The position numbers and the translations under genes were made by a program. The notes beneath the pieces were generated by a model. The model saw only the letters and a program-made list of their open reading frames with translations, was not told the origin of the DNA and did no database searches. From Candidatus Acidiferrales bacterium (lineage in GTDB: Bacteria; Acidobacteriota; Terriglobia; Acidiferrales; UBA7541): a stretch of 64,000 nucleotides of DNA. The stretch is from assembly GCA_046704165.1 (NCBI GenBank), contig JBJKSI010000125.1, positions 5,672-69,671 on the forward strand, written 5' to 3'. Below, piece by piece: positions 17,315-24,516 of the stretch (position 1 is its first letter; the number at the start of each line of letters is the position of its first letter).

Positions 17315-19764
17315 ACCCCTCGGTCAACGCCGTGGACGAGGCGGCAGCGAGCATCGAGGAAGCAATCTGCCGGCACGCGAAGTATTCGCTGGGTAAGGCG
17401 TGGCCGGATCTTTCCCCGCAAGACCGGTTCGCAGCGGTAGCGCTGGCCGTGCGCGACCGGATGGTGGACGGAATGCTGGAGACCGAGCGGCGGTGCGGGC
17501 GGGAAGACCCCAAGCGGTTGCATTACCTCTCCATCGAATTCCTGATCGGGCAGTCGTTGGGCAATAACCTGCGAAACCTGGGCCTTCGGGACGCGTGCCG
17601 GCAGGCTCTGCGGAACCTGGGCGCCAGCCTGGAGGAAATCGAGGAGAGCGAGCCGGACGCAGCGCTGGGCAACGGTGGGCTGGGGCGGCTGGCGGCCTGC
17701 TTCCTGGATTCGCTGGCCACGCTGCGTCTGCCCGGCTACGGCTATGGGATCAACTACGAGTACGGCTTGTTCAAGCAGGAGATCGACAACGGATACCAGC
17801 GGGAGAAGCCGGAGAACTGGCTGGCGCAAAGCAGTCCCTGGCAGATCGAGCGGCCCGATGAAGCCTGCATAGTGCCGGTCTACGGACGGATCGAGCACGG
17901 CGTGGATCGCCAAGGCGTCTACAACCCGATGTGGATGGACTGGAAGCTGCTGATCGGTGTTCCCTACGACATGCTCATCCCGGGTTACGGCGGGGAGGCG
18001 GTGCACGTTCTACGGCTCTACGCGGCGCGATCGTCCCACGATTTCGACATGCAGATCTTCAACGACGGTGATTATTTCAAAGCCGTGGAGCAGAAGATCG
18101 CCTCGGAGACCGTGTCGAAGGTGCTTTACCCTTCGGACGCAGTGATCGCCGGGCACGAGCTGCGGCTGGTGCAGGAGTACTTCCTGGTGGCCTGCGCACT
18201 GCGCGACATCGTGCGCCGGTTCGAGCAGCGGCACACGGACTTTCGCGAACTGCCGGGCAAGGCAGCCATCCAGCTGAACGACACGCATCCGGCGCTGGCG
18301 GTGACGGAGCTGATGCGAATCCTGGTGGACGAGAAGAGCCTGGAGTGGGAAGAGGCGTGGGAGATCACGCGGGCCACGCTGGCCTACACGAACCATACGC
18401 TAGCGCCGGAAGCGCTGGAGAAATGGCCGGTACCACTGCTGGAATCCATGCTGCCGCGACACTTGCAGCTGATCTACGAAATCAATGGGCGTTTCCTGCG
18501 GCAGGTGGCCGCGGCCTTTCCCGGCGACAGGGCCCGGCAACAGCGCATGTCGCTGATCGAGGAATCGGCGACGAAGCAGGCGCGCATGGTGAACCTGGCA
18601 ATTGTTGGCAGCCATTCGGTGAACGGCGTTTCGAAGATTCATACGAAGGCGTTTGAGACGATGCTGGTTCCCGATTTCTACGAGCTGTGGCCGGAGAAAT
18701 TTTCCAACAAAACGAACGGCATCACGCAGCGGCGCTGGCTGCTCGAGGCCAATCCGCGGCTGGCGGACCTGATCACGTCGACCATCGGCGACGGTTGGAT
18801 TACCGACCTGGACCGGTTGCGGGAACTCGAACGATTTTCCGAGGATTCGGGCTTTCAATCGGCTTTCGCCAAGATCAAGCGCGCGAACAAGGAGCATCTG
18901 GCCGAGATCATCCGCGAAACCACTCGGGTGGAGGCGAACCCGGATTCGCTCTTTGACGTCCACGTGAAGCGGATTCACGTTTACAAGCGGCAACTGCTGA
19001 ATGTGATGCACGTGGTGCACGAATATCTCTCTCTGATCGAGGACGGAACGACGCCGGCGGCGCCGCGAACCTTCCTCTTCGCCGGCAAGGCGGCGCCCGG
19101 CTACCGTCTCGCCAAGCAGATCATCAAGCTGATTCACAATGTGGCGCGCGTCATCAATCGCGACCCACGGGCGGCCGAGTGGATCAAGGTGGGTTTTCTG
19201 CCGGACTATCGTGTGTCGCTGGCTGAGAAGATCTTTCCCGCCGCCGACCTCAGCGAGCAGATCTCGACCGCCGGGACGGAAGCTTCAGGCACGAGCAACA
19301 TGAAGCTGGCGCTGAGCGGCGCGATCACTATCGGTACGCTCGACGGGGCCAACATCGAAATTCTCGAAGAGGTAGGCAGGGAGAACATGTTCCTCTTCGG
19401 CAAGCAGACGGCGGAGCTTCGGGCGATGCGCGAAGCGGAATCCTACCACCCGCAGGAAATCTGCAAGCGGGATCCTCGCGTACAGCGGGTCGTCGAAGCG
19501 TTCAATTCGCGGCTGTTCTGCCCCGGGGAGCCGGGCCTTTTCGCCTGGGTGCCTCCGATGCTGCTCGATCCCGGCGACAAATACTTCCACCTGGCCGATT
19601 TTCCAGACTGCCTCGGGGCGCACGAGCGAGCGGCACAGGCGTACGTCGATACGGGCCGGTGGCGGCGCATGTCAATCCTGAACGTGGCGCGCATCGGGAG
19701 GTTTTCGAGCGATCGCACGGTGGCGGAGTATGCGCGGGAGATCTGGCAGCTGAAAAGCGTATAG
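17311..19764 (+). CDS. glgP: Glycogen/maltodextrin phosphorylase
   Basis: Start ATG 17311 (MNPSVNAVDEAAASIEEAICRHAKYSLGK). YLSIEFLIGQSLGNNL, NGGLGRLAACFLDS, and the PLP-Lys motif EQISTAGTEASGTSNMKLALSGAITIGTLDGANIEI. The track ORF from 17143 is an out-of-context upstream extension. Confidence 0.95.
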   Translation: MNPSVNAVDEAAASIEEAICRHAKYSLGKAWPDLSPQDRFAAVALAVRDRMVDGMLETERRCGREDPKRLHYLSIEFLIGQSLGNNLRNLGLRDACRQALRNLGASLEEIEESEPDAALGNGGLGRLAACFLDSLATLRLPGYGYGINYEYGLFKQEIDNGYQREKPENWLAQSSPWQIERPDEACIVPVYGRIEHGVDRQGVYNPMWMDWKLLIGVPYDMLIPGYGGEAVHVLRLYAARSSHDFDMQIFNDGDYFKAVEQKIASETVSKVLYPSDAVIAGHELRLVQEYFLVACALRDIVRRFEQRHTDFRELPGKAAIQLNDTHPALAVTELMRILVDEKSLEWEEAWEITRATLAYTNHTLAPEALEKWPVPLLESMLPRHLQLIYEINGRFLRQVAAAFPGDRARQQRMSLIEESATKQARMVNLAIVGSHSVNGVSKIHTKAFETMLVPDFYELWPEKFSNKTNGITQRRWLLEANPRLADLITSTIGDGWITDLDRLRELERFSEDSGFQSAFAKIKRANKEHLAEIIRETTRVEANPDSLFDVHVKRIHVYKRQLLNVMHVVHEYLSLIEDGTTPAAPRTFLFAGKAAPGYRLAKQIIKLIHNVARVINRDPRAAEWIKVGFLPDYRVSLAEKIFPAADLSEQISTAGTEASGTSNMKLALSGAITIGTLDGANIEILEEVGRENMFLFGKQTAELRAMREAESYHPQEICKRDPRVQRVVEAFNSRLFCPGEPGLFAWVPPMLLDPGDKYFHLADFPDCLGAHERAAQAYVDTGRWRRMSILNVARIGRFSSDRTVAEYAREIWQLKSV

Positions 19765-19772
19765 CGGGGATT

Positions 19773-19804
19773 TTCCGCCGGAACTTTCGAGGTGTGCGGC
19801 GGAA
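19773..19804 (+). terminator. Weak hairpin after glgP
   Basis: TTCCGCCG / CGGCGGAA 8-bp stem with a 16-nt loop, starting 9 nt after the glgP stop and followed by GGGAATTTTA. The large loop makes this tentative. Confidence 0.3.
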
Positions 19805-19882
19805 GGGAATTTTAGAGATAGAGGGTTGAAGCTCCCCGCTACAGGGTTCGAGCACTGGGCACTGGCACGAGGGAATCGTTAA

Positions 19883-19955
19883 TGGGCCCGCCTGGATTCG
19901 AACCAGGGACCGATGGATTATGAGTCCACTGCTCTGACCGCTGAGCTACGGGCCC
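19883..19955 (-). tRNA. tRNA with CAT anticodon (elongator Met, or Ile2 if lysidine-modified)
   Basis: The reverse complement GGGCCCGTAGCTCAGCGGTCAGAGCAGTGGACTCATAATCCATCGGTCCCTGGTTCGAATCCAGGCGGGCCCA folds as a cloverleaf. Acceptor stem GGGCCCG/CGGGCCC, D stem GCTC/GAGC, anticodon loop CTCATAA, T arm CCTGG-TTCGAAT-CCAGG. A paired 1:72 base pair argues against an initiator tRNA. CCA is not encoded. Confidence 0.9.
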
Positions 19956-19965
19956 CGCAGCCCTA

Positions 19966-19994
19966 ACTATAGGCGATGCCGCGGTTTCTTGCAT
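19966..19994 (-). promoter_or_regulatory. Candidate sigma70-type promoter for the tRNA
   Basis: On the minus strand: ATGCAA, 17 nt, TATAGT. The -10 element ends about 10 nt upstream of the tRNA 5' end. The -35 element is weak (3/6). Confidence 0.35.
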
Positions 19995-20199
19995 CAGGCG
20001 CGTGCGTCGGCGGGCTGTTGAAAACGGCCAGTTGGGGAGCGGACGGCTGCCGGGAAGGACACCGGACTGATTGCTGCGGCCCGCCGATTCCCGCTAATCT
20101 GATAAGATGTCTGGCATGGGGGGGGTGCCGAGCTGATGGAGTTGCCTTCTCCTAGGCCGGTTATGCGGTGATCAGAAACCGGGCGCCACACGAGGTACC

Positions 20200-20973
20200 G
20201 TGCGCAGGGAGAACGACGTCGCGAAGCTGGACACGCCGGCTTCCCGAACCTCGCAGGAGCGACCCGCAGACCGGGAGAGTAGTTTGAAAACGAATTGCAC
20301 GGAATGCCCCATCCTCAACAACACACTTTTCCGCAGCCTCTCGACCGACCAGGTGTCGAGGTTCAATTGCATCTTTCGTCCCGCGCACTACCGAAGAAAC
20401 CAGATCATTTTCTTCGAGGGTGGCGCGGCCGATCACCTGTTCGCCATGAATTCCGGACTGGTGAAACTGGTGAAGTCGCTTGAGAACGGCCGGGAGCGCA
20501 TCACGCGCGTCCTCTTTCCCGGTGAGCTGTTCGGCCTGGAGGCGCTGAGCGAAGAGACGTATCCACTGACGGCGGTGGTGCTGCACGATGCCAAGATCTG
20601 CGCCATTCCCTGCCGGGAGTTTTTCTCTTTCCTGCACGGCAATTCCGATATTTCGCTCGACATGATCCGTTTCCTGCTGGGCGAACTCTCCCGGATGCGG
20701 AAGCAGATGACGGCGATGAGTTTCAAGGACGCCCGAGCGCGGGTGGCAATGTTCGTACTATCGCTGCTCTCGCCGGAGTTGTTGGGTAGTGGGCAGGCCT
20801 GCTCGCTCACGCTGCCCGTGACGAGCCACGAGATCGGCGAGATCCTGGAGCTCTCTCCCGAGACAGTCAGCCGGGCCTGGAGCTTCCTGCGTAGGGAAGG
20901 CCTGATTGAAAAGCGTGGCCGGGAACTGGTGATTCAGAACCTGCAGGGACTCGAAGGAGCGGCCAGCCGCTGA
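20200..20973 (+). CDS. Crp/Fnr-family transcriptional regulator
   Basis: cNMP-binding-like barrel (IIFFEGGAADHLFAMNSGLVKLVKSLENGRERITRVLFPGELFGLEAL) and C-terminal HTH (TSHEIGEILELSPETVSRAWSFLRREGLI). The start is uncertain; an in-frame TTG at 20284 follows GGGAGAG. Confidence 0.85.
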   Translation: MRRENDVAKLDTPASRTSQERPADRESSLKTNCTECPILNNTLFRSLSTDQVSRFNCIFRPAHYRRNQIIFFEGGAADHLFAMNSGLVKLVKSLENGRERITRVLFPGELFGLEALSEETYPLTAVVLHDAKICAIPCREFFSFLHGNSDISLDMIRFLLGELSRMRKQMTAMSFKDARARVAMFVLSLLSPELLGSGQACSLTLPVTSHEIGEILELSPETVSRAWSFLRREGLIEKRGRELVIQNLQGLEGAASR

Positions 20974-20995
20974 GTCTGGCGTGTTCCTCCCGGAT

Positions 20996-21018
20996 TTCTC
21001 CCCGTCGACGAAGGGGAG
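20996..21018 (+). terminator. Hairpin after the Crp/Fnr gene
   Basis: TCTCCCC-GTCGACGAA-GGGGAGA (7-bp stem) located 23 nt after the stop. No U-tract. Confidence 0.3.
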
Positions 21019-21104
21019 AGCCTTGCCGGAGTCGCGGCCGCCCGGGCAAACGGATTTGGGAAAAACGGTCTTCCCGCCGCATTGAACGCCTCATCTAAAC
21101 CTAC

Positions 21105-21134
21105 TAGTTGGCCAAATTAAAGCAATTAGTTGGC
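21105..21134 (+). repeat. Direct repeat TAGTTGGC x2 in an AT-rich island upstream of the propeller/haem operon
   Basis: TAGTTGGC occurs at 21105-21112 and 21127-21134, a 22-nt register (about two helical turns). It is embedded in CTAGTTGGCCAAATTAAAGCAATTAGTTGGCGCTAG, one of the most AT-rich stretches I noticed by eye. It is followed by TTGACT (21141) and by TTGACG-17 nt-TAGCGT (21176-21204). Confidence 0.35.
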
Positions 21135-21290
21135 GCTAGATTGACTTTTGCCATCCTACTTTAGCTCATCCGTCATTGACGCTGTTTCCCCCCTTGCCTA
21201 GCGTTACCAGACTGCCTTTGCGGGCAAACGCAGTTCAGCCAGCTCTTTAGCGGCATTCTTCGGGCCGGTTCGCATGCGGTCCAAGGGGAA

Positions 21291-22799
21291 TTGGAAACGG
21301 TGGAACAGGGCGGTGGCAGGAATCCAAGAACTTCAAGGTTTGAAAACGTATACCGAATCGTCCCGGTTATTGCGTTCCTCGTGGTTTTAGGCCTCGCCTT
21401 CGGCATTACGAGACAGTCCTTTGCAAGACCGGAACCGAGGTCGGCCGGCGTGTTGCCGCCGATCATCTTTGTCGAGGCACCGGTGGTAGTGCCTGGCTCT
21501 CCGTCGACGCGTTTTCCCCGCGGAAGCCATTTGGCACTTCTTCCACCGGCCACGCCCGCCACTACTCCTGTAAACCTGACCCCGGACTTCTTCGCCGCGG
21601 CTGATCCGCAGGTTTCCTTCGATGGCCGCCGGGTGCTCTTTGCCGGGCGGAAGACGCGGGCTGGGCACTGGCAGATCTGGGAAATGAACGTCGACGGCAC
21701 GGGCAAGAAACAGATCACCAGTGGCCGCGCGGACTGTTTCCGTCCGGCCTATCTGCCCCGAAACGAAATCGTCTACACGAGGGTGAGCGCACAGGAAGGC
21801 GCGCGCACGTCGGCGATCTACGTGGCCGGCCTGGACGGTTCCGGCGCCCATCCGATCACGTTTGGGCCCGGCGATTTCCGCGTGGAAGCCGTGCTGCACA
21901 GTGGACGAATCCTGATTTCGGCCGGATCGCGGCTGGTTTCCGGCCGCCGAGTCGAAGGATCACGGGTGTTCTACACGGTGCGAACGGATGGCTCTGGACT
22001 CAGCCTGTTTCGCTGGGACCGCCATGCGGGCGTGGTGCAGGGCGGAGCGGTTGAACTGAGGAACGGCACGGTTCTCTTCGTGGAGCGGAGAGACGGCCCT
22101 GATCGCGTAGGCGGCGGCGAGTTGGCGTGGTTCCGGCCGGGCGCGCTGCAGGATTCAAGGATCACCGCACCAGGCGCGGTTTACTGGTCGGCCAAGCGGC
22201 TGGATGGAGACCGTTTGGTTGTGGCAAAGAGGAGTTCCGACGGTCGCGGCGCGCAGGGCACATTCGGCCTCTACGTTTTCGATCTGGCCAGGCAGTCGGT
22301 GGGCAAGGCGATCTATCGCAATCCGAAGCTCTCCAGCGTGGAAGCGGTGGCCGTGGAGCCGCGTCGCGTGCCCAGGGAATATTGGAGCATCCTGCATCCC
22401 AAGCGCGATTACGGCCGGCTGATCTGCCTGAACGCCTATCTTTCCTCCGATGTGGCCTCGGGACGGCTCTCGGGAGAGATCGCTCGAGTGCGAGTGGTCG
22501 CGCTGGAACACCACCGGCAGAGAACCCTGGGCGAGGCGCCGGTGGAAAGCGACGGCTCGTTCTACGTAAAGGTGCCGGCTAATCGCCCGATTCGGTTCGA
22601 GTTGCTGAACGCGAAGGGAAAGGTGATCCACCAGCAGCAGAGCTGGATCTGGGCGCGCACGGGCGAGGACGTGCCTTGCCTGGGCTGCCATGAGAGCAAG
22701 GCGCTGGCGCCGCAGGATCGCTGGCCGCTGGCGCTGAGGGCACCCGGCGCTCCGTTTCCGCTCGGCGTGCCGGCGACTTCCCATTCCGCAACACATTGA
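21291..22799 (+). CDS. Membrane-anchored TolB-like beta-propeller protein with HzsA-like C-terminal module carrying one CxxCH haem-c motif
   Basis: 502 aa. TM helix IVPVIAFLVVLGLAFGI. TolB-type blades (PQVSFDGRRVLFAGRKTRAGHWQIWEMNVDGTGKKQIT; IYVAGLDGSGAHPITFG). C-terminal DGSFYVKVPANRPIRFELLNAKGKVI..WIWARTGEDVPCLGCHE. The start is a TTG and is uncertain. Confidence 0.6.
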   Translation: METVEQGGGRNPRTSRFENVYRIVPVIAFLVVLGLAFGITRQSFARPEPRSAGVLPPIIFVEAPVVVPGSPSTRFPRGSHLALLPPATPATTPVNLTPDFFAAADPQVSFDGRRVLFAGRKTRAGHWQIWEMNVDGTGKKQITSGRADCFRPAYLPRNEIVYTRVSAQEGARTSAIYVAGLDGSGAHPITFGPGDFRVEAVLHSGRILISAGSRLVSGRRVEGSRVFYTVRTDGSGLSLFRWDRHAGVVQGGAVELRNGTVLFVERRDGPDRVGGGELAWFRPGALQDSRITAPGAVYWSAKRLDGDRLVVAKRSSDGRGAQGTFGLYVFDLARQSVGKAIYRNPKLSSVEAVAVEPRRVPREYWSILHPKRDYGRLICLNAYLSSDVASGRLSGEIARVRVVALEHHRQRTLGEAPVESDGSFYVKVPANRPIRFELLNAKGKVIHQQQSWIWARTGEDVPCLGCHESKALAPQDRWPLALRAPGAPFPLGVPATSHSATH

Positions 22800-22806
22800 G
22801 GAGTTT

Positions 22807-24516
22807 ATGAGCATCTCCCGAAGGGACTTTCTGAGACTGGGCGCGGCCGGAGGAGCGCTGCTTGCAGTGCCGGGGATCTGGGTGGGCGCCGTCGAACCAC
22901 GGGCCGATTCAGCGATCGCCCTGCCTCAGTTCCTGGACGTGACCGCGAAGGCCGGCATCGATTTCCAGCACTCGTTCGGCGAAACGGAGCTGAGCTCGAT
23001 TCTGGAGGGGACGGGTTCTGGTTGCGTCTGGTTCGACTACAACAACGACGGCTTGCTCGACCTCTACGTCGTGAACGGGCGCTACGTGGAGGGCCTGACA
23101 AACCATTCGGAGCCCTCCGGCCGGAACGCCACGAACCATCTGTACCGGAACAACGGCGACGGCACGTTCACGGACGTGACCGCGGAAGCAGGCGTCGGCG
23201 GCAAAGGGCTGGGCACGGGCGTGACGGTAGGCGATTTCGACAACGACGGTTACCAGGACATCTACGTTACCGGATACAAGTTCGCCATCCTGTATCACAA
23301 CAACGGCGACGGCACGTTCACCGACGTGACGGGCGACGCCGGCGTGGACAATCCTTTCTTCGGCGTCGGTGCGGCGTTTCTCGATTATGACCGCGACGGG
23401 CACCTGGACCTGTTCGTCGGCAATTACCTGAATTTCGTGCCTTCCTACCACCAGTTCTACCCGGGAGACCATTACCCGGGACCGCTTGACTACCAGCCCG
23501 AATTCAACCGGCTGTTCCACAACAACGGCAACGGCACGTTTACCGACGTCTCAAAGCAATCGGGCATCGGGCGGGTGGCGGGCCGGGCGATGGGCGTGAC
23601 CGTGGGTGATTTCGACAACGACGGCTGGCCGGACATCTACGTCGCCAACGACAACATGCCCAGCTACCTCTACCACAACAACCGGGACGGCACGTTCAGC
23701 AATGTCGCCGCCAGCCTGAACGTGGCTTACGGGCAAGACGGTGAAGCGACCAGTGCCATGGGGCCGATCTTTGGCGATTACGACAACGACGGCTGGCAGG
23801 ACCTGTTCGTCTCCGATGCCCGTTTTCACCGGTTGTTCCACAACCCGGGCAAGGCCGGCGGACTCTTCGAGGACGTGACCAACCAGTCGGGTATCGGCGC
23901 TATCTGCGGGCAGTACACCGGTTGGGGCGACGGATTTTTCGATTACGACAACGACGGCTGGAAAGACATCTTCATCGTCAACGGCGGTCTGACCTGGCTG
24001 ATCCCGATGGAAAGCAATCTGCTGCGAAACAACGGCAACGGGAGGTTCACCGACGTCTCAAAGACGTCCGGCAGCTTCTTCACTCAGCGCCACGTGAACC
24101 GGGGCGTCTGCTTCGGCGACTACGACAATGACGGCTATCTCGACGCCTTCGTCAACACATTGGGCGGCAAGGGCATTCTGTTGCACAACACGCCGACCGA
24201 AGACGCGCGCAACCACTGGCTGACGGTGAAGCTGGTGGGCACGCGGAGCAATCGCGACGGCTACGGCGCTGCATTGGAGGCTGTTGCGGGCGATCTGCAC
24301 CAGTACGTGCAGGCTGTTTCGGGCTCCGGCTACCTGAGCCAAAGCGATTCACGGCCGCATTTCGGGCTGGGCTCGCATGAGCGGGTGGACAAGCTGATCG
24401 TTCGCTGGCCGAGCGGGACCGTCCAGACGCTCGAGAACATAAAAGCGGACCAGATCCTGACGGTGCGAGAGCCTGCTGGGCCGGCGCCCGCCGCGAAACC
24501 AGGCAAGGCGAGATGA
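22807..24516 (+). CDS. CRTAC1-family protein (FG-GAP/VCBS repeats plus ASPIC/UnbV C-terminal domain), Tat-exported
   Basis: 569 aa. Twin-arginine signal MSISRRDFLRLGAAGGALLAVPG. Repeated FDYNNDGLLDLYVVNG / GDFDNDGYQDIYV / GDYDNDGWQDLFV motifs. UnbV_ASPIC tail WLTVKLVGTRSNRDGYGAALEA...SGYLSQSDSRPHFGLG...VRWPSG. Confidence 0.85.
   Translation: MSISRRDFLRLGAAGGALLAVPGIWVGAVEPRADSAIALPQFLDVTAKAGIDFQHSFGETELSSILEGTGSGCVWFDYNNDGLLDLYVVNGRYVEGLTNHSEPSGRNATNHLYRNNGDGTFTDVTAEAGVGGKGLGTGVTVGDFDNDGYQDIYVTGYKFAILYHNNGDGTFTDVTGDAGVDNPFFGVGAAFLDYDRDGHLDLFVGNYLNFVPSYHQFYPGDHYPGPLDYQPEFNRLFHNNGNGTFTDVSKQSGIGRVAGRAMGVTVGDFDNDGWPDIYVANDNMPSYLYHNNRDGTFSNVAASLNVAYGQDGEATSAMGPIFGDYDNDGWQDLFVSDARFHRLFHNPGKAGGLFEDVTNQSGIGAICGQYTGWGDGFFDYDNDGWKDIFIVNGGLTWLIPMESNLLRNNGNGRFTDVSKTSGSFFTQRHVNRGVCFGDYDNDGYLDAFVNTLGGKGILLHNTPTEDARNHWLTVKLVGTRSNRDGYGAALEAVAGDLHQYVQAVSGSGYLSQSDSRPHFGLGSHERVDKLIVRWPSGTVQTLENIKADQILTVREPAGPAPAAKPGKAR

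Noticed and set aside
19883-20199. tRNA(CAT) as an integration hotspot or genomic-island border
   Set aside because: No integrase, excisionase, transposase or phage gene flanks it. By eye I found no direct repeat of the tRNA 3' half nearby. Flanking genes (glgP, crp/fnr) look like ordinary chromosomal content.
20200-20300. N-terminal Cys residues of the Crp/Fnr protein as an FNR-type [4Fe-4S] cluster site
   Set aside because: Only a CTEC pair is present near the N-terminus. The canonical C-x2-C-x5-C plus distal Cys pattern is not visible, so an oxygen-sensing FNR assignment is not supported.
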